Positions 12,530 through 25,544 are shown, counted from the stretch's first letter. The stretch is DNA of 64,000 nucleotides from Lingula anatina (GCA_051362555.1 CM120649.1:1922001-1986000); one strand, 5' to 3'. Notes: a model not told the origin generated them from the letters alone. Made by a program: numbers and translations.

Positions 12530-15509
12530 CTGTCGCCGTCGCCGTCGCCGTCGCCGTGCACTTTTACCGATAACACGATAAGTGGAAAACCATTTTGCCT
12601 TTTGATTTGAAACTTGCAGAACTGATGAATATTCATAATACGCAGGTCAAGTTCGAAAATCAGCATGATGGGGTCACTCTTAGGGAATTTATGCTGTTTT
12701 TTCACTTTTTTCAACATATATGCAGCACCGATAACACGATAAGTGGAAAACCATTTTACCTTTTGGCTTGAAACTTACAGAACTGATGAATATTCATAAT
12801 ACGCAGGTCAAGTTCGAAAATCAGCATGATTGGGTCATTTTTAGTGAATTTAGGCTATTTTTTCACTTTTTTTCAGCATTTTTGCAACACTGATAACACA
12901 ATAAATGAAGAGCTGTTTTACCCTTTGGCTTGAAACTTACAGAACTGATAAATATTCATAATACGCAGGTCAAGTTCGAAAATCAGCACGATCGGGTCAT
13001 TTTTAGTGAATTTAGGCTATTTTTTCACTTTTTTTCAGCATTTTTGCAACACTGATAACACAATAAATGAAGAGCTGTTTTACCCTTTGGCTTGAAACTT
13101 ACAGAACTGATAAATATTCATAATACGCAGGTCAAGTTCGAAAATCAGCACGATCGGGTCACTTATAGGGAATTTATGCTGTTTTTTTTCACTTTTTTCA
13201 GTATATATGCAACACTGATAACACAATATAAGAAAAACAGATTGGCCAATTGTCATTATACTCACAGGAGGGGCCAATCTTACTAAAACGCAGGTTGAGT
13301 TTGAAAATCAGCATAATCAGTCCATTATTTTAAAAGGTAATGCTGTTTTTTCACATTTCCTCACATTCAATTCTTAGGCATGTTAACAGTCTCATTATTG
13401 AACTAATAAGATACGTAAATGTGTTTGTTTGGCATTTCCTGCATCTTTACAACATTGTTAGTTGATTTTGTAAAAATGATGGTAAACTTGTTATCATGTA
13501 TTGTGTAATAAAGTGTCAAAAATGGAAATAAACTCATATCATTGCAGTTTGTCAGATGCATTCATCCACTATGTTCAGAATCTCAGAATGGAGGAAGTTG
13601 GGCATTTAAAACTGTTCTATTGATACTTTTCCCATCTCATCAATTTTCTTCATTGGTCATATAAAAATGGCAGTAAACTGTTTATTTTGTTTAATGTTTA
13701 AAAAGTGTTAAAAATGGAAATAAACCCATTTCAGAACAGTGCTGTATTGTTTACATTTTGGCATTTTCAATATGTGACTTTGAAGTTCCATGGGCCTGAA
13801 GGCTTTTGCTAGTCACATTTTCTGAATAACCATGATGCTAATATTTTATAATTAAAAATTGATGGTCATTATGCTGTAAAACATGTAATATTGCATGAAA
13901 ATTTGAAGAAACCCCTATTTTGGGCACTGCTCCCATGATGACCATTTAAGGAAAATCATGTCACTTACTGTTCTCAAACTTACAGGAAAGAAACATGGGA
14001 CTAAAATACAGCTCCAGTAGGCAATGCAGGCCGTTTGGTAAATTTTTCTGGCAATTAAACAGTTTTTTGTGAAAATTTAATTTTTCACTTATTGGCATTT
14101 TCAAGGTGTGACTTTGAAGTTCCATGATCCTGAAGACCTTTGCTTGTCACATTTCCTGAATATCCGTGATACTAATATTTTATAATTAAAAATTGATGGT
14201 CATTATGCTGTTAAACATTATGTAATGTTGCATCAAAATTTGAAGAAACCCCTATTTTGGGCACTGCTCCCATGATGACCATTTAACAAAAATCATGTCA
14301 ATTACTGTTCTCAAACTTACAGGAAAGAAACATGGGTCTAACATACAGCTTCAGTAGGCAATGCAGTCTGTTTGGTAAATTTTTCTGGCAATTAAACAGT
14401 TTTTTTGTGAAAATTTAATTTTTTACATATTGGCATTTCCAAGGTGCGACTTAGAACCTCCACGGGCTTGAAGACCCGTGCTAGTCACATTTTGTGAAAA
14501 TCCATGACACTGATATTTTATTATTAAAAATCGATGGTCATTATGCTGTTAAGCATTATGTAATGTTGCATCAAAATAGAAGAAAACACAATTTTTGGTG
14601 CTGCTGCCTTGATGACCATTATGGGAAAACCGTGTTACTTATGACTGTCAAACTTTCAAAAAAGAAACACAGGACTAAAATGCAGCCTGATTCAGAAAAG
14701 CAGTCTAATTGGCTTCTTTTTCTGGAAGTTATACATTTTAGTGTTATATTCATTATCTTTTTTGGCATATTCATTGTGGGACTCGGAGCTCCCATGGACA
14801 TGAAGCCAAATGGTAATCATATTTTCTACATGTCCATCCTATTTATAGTCAATAAATAAAAATTGGTGATAATTATTCTCTAATTTATTATGTAATGTTA
14901 CATCAAAATTGACAATATTTTTGCACTGCTACTGCAAACATTATGAAAAGAAAACTGTGCTACTTATTATAATTTTAAACTTACAAGTACGATTTTTAGG
15001 ATTGGCCTTCAGCTCATGAGAAAACCAGCTCTATTGGATTATCATGTTTATTGTATTTATGCATTTTTTGTGAAATTTTCATTTTTCTCATTCTGGCACT
15101 TTCTAAGTATAAACTTGAACTCTGATGGGCCTGAAGCCTTATGCTTTTACTTTCCTCTGTGTTACCTGTTGTGCATAAGTTGATGTTGACTGTGCAGTTA
15201 AACATAATGTATTATTGCATCAGAATTGGTAGTCTCCTATTTTGGGCATTATGGTTTTGTGCTTTTCTTAAGGTGACTTATGGGCCTGAAGACCTTTGAG
15301 TGGGTCAGTCTGTAAATTACCCTTGGGTATCACTAGATTAATTTCAGAGTTATAAAGTCATTTGCTTTAATAGGCCATTAAATGAGATTACGTAAAGCAC
15401 ACTTGTTGATATTTCCCTGTAAACTCCCAAAGGGAAAGCTCTCTGCTAGATTAATAATAAGGAAGCAGTGATAATTATGCAGGTAAATTTTGTTTAATAT
15501 TGCAAATAA

Positions 15510-15556
<47 letters not shown>

Positions 15557-18500
15557 AACTGGAAGATTAAAAGTTTGAATAGCAGCTTCATTGGAATTAT
15601 ATTTACCTCAAGCTCTGCCAAGGAGGTTATATTTTCACCCCTGTTTGTCTGTCATCCACATAACACAAAAAGTTATGGACTGATTTTGCAGAAATTTTCA
15701 GGAACTGTCGGAAGTGGGCCAAAGAGGACAATGATTAATTTTTGGTGGTGGTCCGGATCAATAATCAATCAATTATCAATAATAATCAACAATTGCTGCC
15801 TTGGCAGAGGTCTGCACTCTCAAAGTGCTTTTCTAGTTTTGTTGTTCTCCTTTATAATTTTTTCTCAAACACTTGCATTTGTGACTTTTAGCCCCAGGCA
15901 GGCTGTCATCTGCCTGGGGCTCTGCACATTTTCTGTATTTCTACATAAGCAGTTATATTGTTTTTTATGTCTTTAAACATTATGTAATATTATTTTATGC
16001 ACTGTCATCATTTTTCAAATATTGAGACTTTCATAATGTGAATTTGAACTCTCATGGTCCTGAAACTGTAATCTTATTGAAGGGGTGGATTGAGACCATC
16101 TTCTGGGTCTTCCGGAAGACAGTCAGGTTATTAAGTTTATATTGACTGGTATCTATTTTTTTCTGTTGGAACACCATCAAAATGGAGGATGGATCAACAT
16201 AGATACTTTGTAATACTGTCAGAAAATATCTCTGGGTCCGCTCCTTTTATTGACCATGTTACCTGTTGTGCAAGATTAAAATTCAGTGTTGACTGACAGT
16301 GCTATTATAAGCATTATTTATTATTGCATCAAAATTGACAAAATGACCTTTTTTGCATCTTTATTTTCTGTTTTTTGTCTGTACATTTGACAGCTTTGCT
16401 GCCTTGTTCTTTGATTGTTTTTCCAAAAGAAAGTATAAAAGTATAAAAGTATTTTAAAATTTAAAATAATAGTAATTAAAAAAAGGTGTTCTAATTCCGT
16501 ACTTAAAACTGTCAGATGCAACTTAATTTCATTTATCTGACATAAATGAAGTCATTATAAACGTCAATCACTAATTTGCTATTGATATTTACCAGTGCTA
16601 TGATACTGTTTATAGCACCACCTTCCCAGCTGTAGTGAGGATTCCTGTACCAGAAGTGATCGGGTTCATACAGAGGGCGCTGGCAGTTACTGGTAGAGCT
16701 TTGGTAAGATGATCCCCTCAAACTTGTGTAGATTGCCAAATGTTGAGACAAAATATTTTAATTTTTATACATGTTCAATGTCGTACATATTACACACAAA
16801 AATAAGAGATGGATGGAGTGAAGAAGAGGTAGAGAAACATTGTGAATTTTTATTGACTTTAAATTTTTCTTCATGATAAAAATGTCAACTCTGATTTGGC
16901 TATATTTGTAGATATCAAGTTTATTAAATTTATTTATTATTATTGTTACTATTATTTTAGCTACTCCGTCCATCCACAGATAATCTACAGTTGCTCTCAG
17001 TGTTACCATTCCTGCACACCTCTGTCCTCAGGGTGCTGTCCTGTCTCATCTCAAGGTATGTGTTACCATTCCTGCACACCTCTGTCCTCAGGGTGCTGTC
17101 CTGTCTCATCTCAAGGTATGTGTTACCATTCCTGCACACCTCTGTCCTCAGGGTGCTGTCCTGTCTAATCTCAAGGTATGTGTTACCATTCCTGCACACC
17201 TCTGTCCTCAGGGTGCTGTCCTGTCTCATCTCAAGGTATGTGTTACCATTCCTGCACACCTCTGTCCTCAGGATGCTGTCCTGTCTCATCTCAAGGTATG
17301 TGTTACCATTCCTGCACACCTCTGTCCTCAGGGTGCTGTCCTGTCTCATCTCAAGGTATGTGTTACCATTCCTGCACACCTCTGTCCTCAGGGTGCTGTC
17401 CTGTCTCATCTCAAGGTATGTGTTACCATTCCTGCACACCTCTGTCCTCAGGGTGCTGTCCTGTCTCATCTTATGGTGTGTATATGGTAGAATTAAAACT
17501 TTTTTCTAGAGATCTTTAATTTCTCTCTTTTTACTTCTTAACTGATGCCATTTTCTAAAAAAATCAATTAAGAATTGTAAAAAATTCACTACCCTTGCTG
17601 AAGTTTTTTATGTGAAAATAATTTAGTTCAAAAATTTTAAGGTTTTATGTAATTTTATTTATGCTTCGTGATTCTGATTATGATGAGAATTTAAGCTTAG
17701 TGAAATAATTGTCTTCATAAACTTAGTTCTTTCTTCAGCTTTTTTCTTATGTACCTACTAGTAACTATTTGTATTTGTAATTTTTTGTTCATCTTTATTT
17801 GATATGTTTTTTATTTTTATATTTCTTTTTCTTTTATAGTTGCCAAAAGAACCTAATCTCCTATACCAGCACAGTAAATCAACTTCTCATCCAAACTCTG
17901 TCCTGGACTATAACTGAAGACACAGCAGATGGTAGGAAAAGACCTTATGGGTAAGTCACATGACTTCTCACAGAATTTCCAGAGTTCAGTGCTTTATGCA
18001 AAAAGAAAGCAAATCTGTTTCTTTAAAGTAAAAATGAATACAAAGAGGGTCATTAAGTAGATAAGTTTGAACAGATTGGCTTTTGTATAGCAATTTCCAT
18101 TGTTAAAATAATAATTACTATTATAATTATACTTGCAAACTTTTCTTAAAAAATAATGTTAAAATGAGCAAAGGACACAGAATTTTCACAACTAATAAAC
18201 TTGCAAATAAATTTGTATAGAAAGAATGAATTTGTATGTTTATCTACTTCTCCATTTATTTACTTTTAGTAATTTACGAAAAGAAGTATATTCCACACTC
18301 GTCGTCTGGGTCCAAACACTTGGTGCATCCTCTAATGTTCATAATATTATAGACCAGTTGTTGACTCAGCTGAAAAGAGATATCACTCCAGATGTTGACG
18401 TTATAAAGGTATTAATGAGATTTCATGATTACATATAAGAGAATTAAACAAACTGACATTAAGTGTGTGATCATTCAAGTACATGTCCTACTGAAGGTAT

Positions 18501-21203
18501 TTACTTTGGTAAGGTAACTTTCCATATGCAGACACTATTATAAATAATAGTGGTTAATTAAATGTATGTCTGAATAATGCTGTCGTGTTAAGTTTAGTGA
18601 CAGTGAGGAAGAGTACTAAAGTTTCTGTACAGGTTACCATTGTTTACAGCTCTGTCTTCCCGAGCAGGAGCTGCATGTTCATCTCTGGTTAAAATATTAT
18701 TGTACTAGTAAAACAGTGCTTCCATCTTACTCTAATCTCTCTGGCAGAAGTAAACTTTAAAATAGTTATTTAATAAATCCGATTTTCTTAAAAACATTTT
18801 CGTACTGACTTTATTTCAGCTGGAGACTATTAATAAGAAGCCAGATCAGTACACAGAGCCTCCTAATAAAAGGAAGAAGGGTAATAAAGCTGGATTAGAA
18901 GGTGTGTCCACTCGTAAAGTTCTTGACCACTCGGCTAATGCTGATGTCTGTCTCTCTGCTCTGGCTGCTTTGAGACACCTTCTGGTGGCTGTTGGAAGTT
19001 TGTTAAAAGTTCAGAGGATTAGGGTAGGTGAATTGCTAAACATTAATCACTCACAAATTTCAAACACCTTATTTTCTTACAATATTTATTCCCAAAAGAT
19101 TTATATTTTTGATTGCGCTCAGAAAAAATTCCCCTCTGATGGAAGCCTGACCTGCTTCTTGAAACTTTTTTATTTATTACTTGCAGATTTTTTTTAGGAG
19201 GGAGGACATGATTTTTCTGATTAAAAAATTAAATTGAAAGCAAATACTAGTATTGATATTTGGGTTTTTCATTATTTATAGTTGCAGTGAGTTATCAGAT
19301 ATGATGTTTTGTTTCTTGTCTGATAAAAAGTGAAAGCAAATATTGATATTCGTGTTGTTTTATTATTTATAGCTGCACTGAATTATCAGACATGATATTT
19401 TTGTGTTTAGGAGAGGTCGTATGTAATCAAAAACAGCTAACATGAATGACTATAGACAAGGAGAAAAGTAAGGACACTTAGATTCATGTACTTTAACATG
19501 GTGTTTTACATATATATTCTATCATTAATACAGGATATCCAAGAAATCGCCTTACCCCTGGCACTGCGTGTCCAGGCCTTCACTGACCAGGGGTCACCTG
19601 GGCCATACTCAGACCCAGAGTGCAGGAGAGAGCTGTACCATGTGATCCAGTGTCTGTTTCTGATCCCGGCATCCAAGTGTCCGCCCCCCACCCACTGTGT
19701 GATAAGGCTGTTTACTGGTGGACAGAATGACCCAGACAGAAAGGTGACATGAGAGAAATGTTTATTGTAAAATATGAACAGTTTTATGTGATGCGTAAAT
19801 TTTACTTCTGCGATACTGTTCATGGGAACTTGACTATTGTGGTGACGACCTTTTTCAAAGTATTTAAACTGAAGGCTGTGGGAAATGGAAAAAACTCTCA
19901 AGAAAAATTTATCAGTCATTAGTCATGAGCATCAGTTTCAATATTTAAAAATGGTAACTGTCTTAAGAAAAATGAATTTTGCTGATTAAGATACATATTT
20001 TAAAAGATTCAACTCTAAGACTTACATGAATAATTATGTGTGGTTTAAAGATATTTGCACAACATATCAATACTGATGAGTGGGTAAGAAAATAAGGGTA
20101 ATACTTTAAATTAAAATATTCTTTTCAGTTGTTGAAAATAGAAAAGCAATGGCTAACTTATTGAATTGACCTTTTCATTCAGGTATCTTCATTCTGTCAA
20201 GAGGCACTCACAATTTGCGAAGCAGTCATTCATCCCAGAGTCCCATCACTCCAACAAACTGTTCTCTGGACTGTAGATGGCAGCAAAATCCAAGATGTTA
20301 ACAAGACAAGCCAGGTTTCAAAATCAACTGTTGACAATTCTTTATTTATAAGTGGGAAAAATAGGCAATGTGGGGAATCTATTTTCACAACGAGTTTCCA
20401 AGATTCACAGTCAGTTGTAAAACAAACAAATTACCTAATAAAAGATGACACGATAGGTAAATCTGGTGCACCAAGTAACGTGTCTGCTGCCATGGACAAG
20501 CCTGCTGCTGAGGAGAACTCTTCAGAAAGTGAGGAAGAATGTTCTGATGTTGCTATGGAAACTGAAGAGAAGGAGGTTAAAAAGAGCAAAACAGTTTCCA
20601 CAACTGAAAGCTTGACCACCAAATCAGACGATATTTTCACTGAAGCATCAACAAGTAAAGATGATACACTCTCAGGTAATGGGAATGAATTTTTTTCTGT
20701 AATGTCTACACAGCCAACTGGGACTAAAGCAGCTACTGTGGCACCACCTGTAGGGGGTAATAGAAATGAAAGGACGGCTACAGCAGTGACACCTGCAGGA
20801 GAATTCCTCAGTGAAGATGAAGAGACAAAAACCCACAAGCGAAAATTGTCAGAAATGGAGGAAAGCAGTGATCAGGTTAGTGAAGGATGATAAAACATGG
20901 TCACAACTATATGTGGGTGGCAGAAGACGCCTTGGGCTCTGTCTTCTTTTTTATAGCACCCAAAGGAATTGATGTGTAGCCCCACCTAGCAGGAGGGAAT
21001 TATTTTCTTCCTTCTGAGCTCCTAACTGGGCCATCTTTATCAACTAGTAGTTCAATATTATCAACCTTATTTTGGAAAGAAAACAACCATATAATTGAGT
21101 ATAATTATGAAACTAATCTTTATTCATTAATTTTTTTCTGTTCTCTTTACAGGTGGAGAGCATGTTGGCTAGTTTTGTAGATGCCCAGCCAGACTCAGAC
21201 TGA
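8836..21203 (+). CDS. PELP1: PELP1 (Rix1 ortholog), ~812 aa, 16 exons: 8836-8949, 9492-9556, 9840-9945, 10518-10667, 11031-11102, 11292-11351, 11720-11870, 12266-12395, 16616-16703, 16961-17055, 17840-17950, 18270-18408, 18820-19023, 19534-19743, 20183-20875, 21153-21203
   Basis: All introns GT-AG with compatible phases. Recognisable PELP1/RIX1 segments: LPQLIPALL, CMQFYPGPCG, SQCGGGG..HAESW, RPYGNLRKEVYSTLVVWVQTLG, PYSDPECRRELY, VSSFCQEALTICEAVIHPRVPSL, acidic tail ending SMLASFVDAQPDSD*. Confidence 0.9.
9994..10346. mobile_element. Non-autonomous DNA transposon (MITE), TTAA target duplication, Kolobok-like termini
   Basis: Perfect 19-bp TIR AGGGATAATAACTCTTCGT (9994-10012) / ACGAAGAGTTATTATCCCT (10328-10346), flanked by TTAA on both sides; in PELP1 intron 3. 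Confidence 0.8.
10678..10719. repeat. (CT)n microsatellite
   Basis: Seen directly, just after the PELP1 exon 4 donor. Confidence 0.9.
12565..13350 (+). repeat. Tandem array, ~160-165 bp unit, ~4.5 copies
   Basis: Recurring gataacac..., tgaaacttacagaactgat.aatattcataatacgcaggtcaagttcgaaaatcagca; copies begin near 12568, 12729, 12891, 13054, 13216. Confidence 0.9.
13755..15250 (+). repeat. Tandem array, ~335 bp unit, ~4-5 progressively diverged copies
   Basis: ttggcattttcaa..tgtgactttgaagttccatg..cctgaag recurs at ~13758, 14092, 14430, 14762, 15093. Confidence 0.8.
15601..15838 (+). mobile_element. Short HINE-like element nested in the larger Helentron-type element
   Basis: 5' ctctgccaaggaggttat..tttcacccctgtttgtctgtc; 3' ccttggcagagg (inverse of 5' motif) plus hairpin gcactctcaaagtgc and terminal ttctagtt. 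Confidence 0.7.
17000..17475 (+). repeat. 60-bp minisatellite (~8 copies) spanning the PELP1 exon-10 3' end and splice donor
   Basis: Unit tgttaccattcctgcacacctctgtcctcagggtgctgtcctgtctcatctcaaggtatg, near-identical copies; each full unit contains AAG|GTATGT. Confidence 0.95.
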
Positions 21204-21595
21204 TTGCGACATTAATTTGTGGTTTAAAACACATCACTTGAAGATAAATTTGGGACAGCGTCTTTGATTTTGAAGGATCACTCGGTGTGAATTATGAAGT
21301 GTTGACAACATGTGCAACAAAACTGAGAAAAAGTTGAGAAATGGTCCACTATTTGGACAAGAAAAAACTGGAGACATGACCACGGATTTTTCGAAATATT
21401 TCTTATTATTTTCTTTTCTTTTATTTATATTTTTTACAATGTCGGTTTCAGAAAGCGCGTTATGGTTCTCTAACTACACAAAATCTTGAAAGCTTTATTG
21501 TGTTATATCCTGAAGAAAAAACTTTAGGAAACTGGACTTGATGCTTTATAAAGGCAAGAACTTGGCAGACGTGCAAAGACGGCAGTTGTCCCGGA

Positions 21596-24500
21596 CTATA
21601 ACGAGTCGTGGATGGCGTGGAGGCAAATATGGCGGACCTGAGAAATAAAGATAAAATAGACTAATAAATGCAGAAAGGCAGAAAAGACACTACCACATCC
21701 GACCTTTACGAAGAAAATTTTTACCCGAACACTTTTTTAAAATAAAGGACTTCAATATGCCATTTGAGGTCATTTTGTGCTGTCTCTAGTCTGTCTCTAA
21801 TTCTTATCATTAAGTTTAACATACGTCCCAAAGTTGGTGAATTTTTACTTACGTTAACACATGGCGGGGCACCGAGGGCAAAGATCACGGCGGCAGCGAC
21901 ATCGTCTGGTTGAAGACTCTAGCGTGAAATGATATTACATGAAAAAATAGGGTGCATTTAGATTCACACATCGTACAAGCTTGGTCGACCCAACTCAGTG
22001 GGGGATACTCGCTTAAGTGCAATCAGTGTAACCAGCTTTATAAGCACACAATAAGTAAAACTTGCCCAACTGCACTGAAAGAAAATCCCCCGCAGAGTTG
22101 GACAGTCCTAAAAAGTTCAGTGTGTGAACCTGAATGCCGTCATAGATTTATAATCAATCATGTCAATTGGTATGGAAATGCGTTTTCGTTTGTTAGAACC
22201 ATGTAAGCAAGGTTATGAAACAATTTCTTTGGAAATATTATTGCACCTTATACAAAAAAGGTAAAATTTAGTAAAACTGCCTTTAATATGAATCTACTTA
22301 ATAGCAATGTGAGATTCATTTTGGTTTAAAAAACATCCTCCATACCCGAATATATCTGAAAAGACTTTGTAAACCTTATAGGCCGAGTGAATAAAATCAA
22401 GGTTTAGGTTTATTTCAGAGGAAAACGTGGCGTGTCACAGACCTATCATAAGCTGGACACAGTGTACAACAGGTCCAAAATGGTAAAAGATTAAGGAACC
22501 GTTCCTATAACCCTACCTTACTAGCTTGATCGATCTAACTCCTCGTGGTTTTCGCTTCTTGCATTCATTCAAAGCGGCTTAAATGCCTGGCACGCCCCCT
22601 CGTAACTTAAAGTGCTTGGATAAATTTGGGAAATCTTTCGGGCCCATGGTATTTGTATTGCTTTTCAAGGGAGAATCCACGCTGAGATGGATCATTCCTC
22701 TAGTACGATAAAGTTAGGGGAACGTAGTCGTAGATCCCATTCCCATACCTAGATCGATTTAACAGAATCGATACTTCTCCGAGGGGGTTCTCAATCAATT
22801 GCTTTCAGCTTAAGCGGCTCTGTTGCCTGGCACGTCTCCTGAAGCTGTTAGGTGGTAACTAACTATCGTTTAGCAGCTTTAGTAGGCTTGTCACACATCT
22901 AAGCCGTTCAATCTGAAAGCAATTTAGCGAGAAACCCTTCGGAGATGGATCGATCTTCTTAGATCTATATAAGTATACGAATGAGGTCTAAGCCCGCAAG
23001 AATTTATTGTAGCTTACATATTCCGGGCAGAAGACGCTGGCATCAAATAACCCTCTAACGAGCGGAGTGTCGACCACTGCAGGACTCAGGACCTAGTGAC
23101 AGAGCATGATATTTATATAACAGGATGAGAATATTGCTCTGCATTAAAAAGATCTTAAATATACTTAATAAAATCATATTATCTAATCGCCCGTCTATGG
23201 ACACTCGTGCGTTGCGAGGGACAGTTAATTACTAATAACACAAATACGACCCTTGTTATTCCAATACTGTATAAATACATTTATTGGCTTGTGCTTGCCT
23301 AAATTCTCTTTGCTTAATCATCTACTATAAAATTAATTATCGTCTGAACTGTTATAGTATATATATAAGTACATGTATCTTGAACCCAAATATAACTCTC
23401 TCCTTCTCTCTCTCTCATACCGTCGTCCTAATTTTCGTTTTCTCCTTTCTCAGCTCGTGTCGTAGGCCCTCAGTGAAAGCGTTCAGGGCTTGCTTTGTTG
23501 GGGTATACATGTGACATGGGATGTCTGCATGGACCGTGCTTCCACATACACTATAAACAGAGAAAAATGTCGAATTCAGCACGAATAACTAGTTAATCAT
23601 ATTTGGGATATGATTTTAAAAGTTTTCACATAAAAGGGCCATTCAGAATAGATGATCCGAGTACTAACTGATCCTCCGACTAAATATGGCCGACCCCACT
23701 TCAAAAGCGATGCCGTAAATTCCATATTGGTCTCCTGGCAGGGGCCTAACAATTAAACCTCGGACCTGAGATTTTATCCGTTTAATGGCGCGTGTAATTG
23801 TTGACCTGATCATTTATCTGTTAGTAAGTCATGATAATAAATATTTACCACGGCTGGCGCTTCAAACAATAGGATAATTGTACTCTTTTATGCCGCGCAC
23901 AGTGGACGGCGAGCAGTTGAAACTAGTATGTATTCTGTTTAAAGCTGGTGTATGTATTACCTGCTGATGTTGATAATGTGCCCGTCATCCTTGTTCCTTT
24001 CTTGTATGGACTGAATGGTCAGCTGGGAAACGGTGATGACAGCGAATACATTCACCTGGAAAAAAAGGCTTTAGACTTATTCGCAATGAACGGTCGTTTA
24101 ATTGCCGGTGTGACAGCAATGTCCTAGGAATAGAAGTCCTGGGAATTGAAGTCCCGCCCACCCATATAATCAGTACAGGTTGGGGTTTGTCGGATTCTTG
24201 GGGTTAGTATATATACATGTATATATATAGGACGAATGCCACCTGTACAAAGTCATAGGAAGCCGACTTCGGTTCCTAGCGGAATTCCGTTCCTGTTACA
24301 CAAGTGCTTACGAAGAAAGTAAAAATTTAAAAAATGAGAAAATTTTCTAGGACTGGACAGTCATCTCGCTAGTACATGACTTTAACCCCCCCCCCCCCCC
24401 CCTCTCCCTTCGATTTCTGGTCCCCTCTTGAAATTTGTATTTTGCCTATCTGAAACATAAACATAAACCTTACCAAATGGCACCGTTCGCCATCTACAAT

Positions 24501-25544
24501 ACCAAAATTTTCGGGGCCCTTAAGCAGACTCCACGCCAAGTGGGGGCGGCGGGGGTAGACTTTGCATCCGCCGACCCCCCCCCCCTCCCCTTCAAACAAT
24601 CCTGGATCCGCCCCTTCACCTGGATACTGGATCTTACAGTAATACGACTAATAATATGCTGAAAACATAGCAGCTGAGTTCTCTTACATCATACAATGTC
24701 TTGGTATCAGATAAAGACCCTGTCTTGCAATCCTGGTAGAAGTTGACTCCAGCGTTGTTAACGCATACGTCGACACCGCCCAACTGTTCCTTGATCTTTT
24801 GAAACATGGACTCGATCTCTTCTGTTTTGGTAAGGTCGCACTTCATTGGAATCAAACGACCCTTTTCGCCCTCAAGTCCCACTGCTGCTTTCTGGAATAC
24901 AGATACATGTATTCAAACATCTTTTCTTCCAATGACAAAAATTAATTGATCAGTTTTGTGATTATCGTATTTAACATCTTAGTTACGCAACTAAACGTCT
25001 ATATGTAGGAAGATGTTTGTAAGAGGTCGGTATTCTATACCAACGTCTATCTATTCTTCATCGCCCGAACGTATATGAGTTGTTGAATAAAGTATATCTA
25101 TCATACATTGCCATTGTAGAAATAAAATAGATATAAAAATAATAAATAAGGGATAGCCACGAATTATTTGGGTAATGCACAATTGCCATTGGCAACTAGC
25201 TATATATCATGGTTCCAAATTCGTATTTTTATAGATATATAGGACATGAACAGGGAAACATGTACAGTTCTTTTAAAGAATTTGTCCTTGCATGGTTTTA
25301 ATTTTTTAATTCTCCGCCCACACAATTTAATAGCAGTTATAGTGCTTTTCACCGAGGCATCCAATCTTAATTTTATTCTTCTTCTTCTTCTTCTTCTTCT
25401 TCTAAAACATACCTGCATTCCTTCCACGTGTCTGGCACATCCAACCACCACCATACCATTCTTAACCAGAGCACGAGCAATGGCTTCTCCCATCCCCCTC
25501 GATGCTCCTGTTACCAAGGCAACGCGCCCTGCCCAGCGATCCAT
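21596..25544 (-). CDS. DHRS11: DHRS11-like short-chain dehydrogenase/reductase, copy 1 (247 aa); exons 25544-25413, 24891-24688, 24055-23961, 23550-23421, 23092-23018, 21918-21853, 21637-21596
   Basis: [19 protein letters not shown] (TGxxxGxG), KCDL, CVNNAG, GHIINISS, catalytic [21 protein letters not shown]; all GT-AG with consistent phases; TAG stop. Confidence 0.88.
22735..22990. mobile_element. MITE-like foldback repeat; related copies ~22500-22700, ~53185-53330, ~60202-60412, partial ~21950-22110 and ~42710-42855
   Basis: Shared terminal cccattcccata..agatcgat motif and inverse end; shared core ctttcagcttaa.cggct..tg.ctggcacgtc..ctgaagctg. Confidence 0.55.

Larger units (their letters stand above)
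12447..16408 (+). mobile_element. Non-autonomous Helentron-type element (HINE/DINE-like) with internal tandem arrays, in PELP1 intron 8
   Basis: 5' T-run then perfect 13-bp inverted repeat TATGTACAGACAC-agat-GTGTCTGTACATA (12451-12480), then a (CGT/CGC)n microsatellite. 3' subterminal copy TGTCTGTACAT (16376-16386) followed by small hairpin GACAGC-ttt-GCTGCC and TTGTT. Confidence 0.65.

Noticed and set aside
16957-17519. Repetitive ORFs of 170 aa (-) and 90/113 aa (+, Cys-rich, metallothionein-looking), and a CRISPR-like appearance
   Set aside because: These are alternative frames of the 60-bp minisatellite. There are no unique spacers or cas genes; only the PELP1 frame has splice support.
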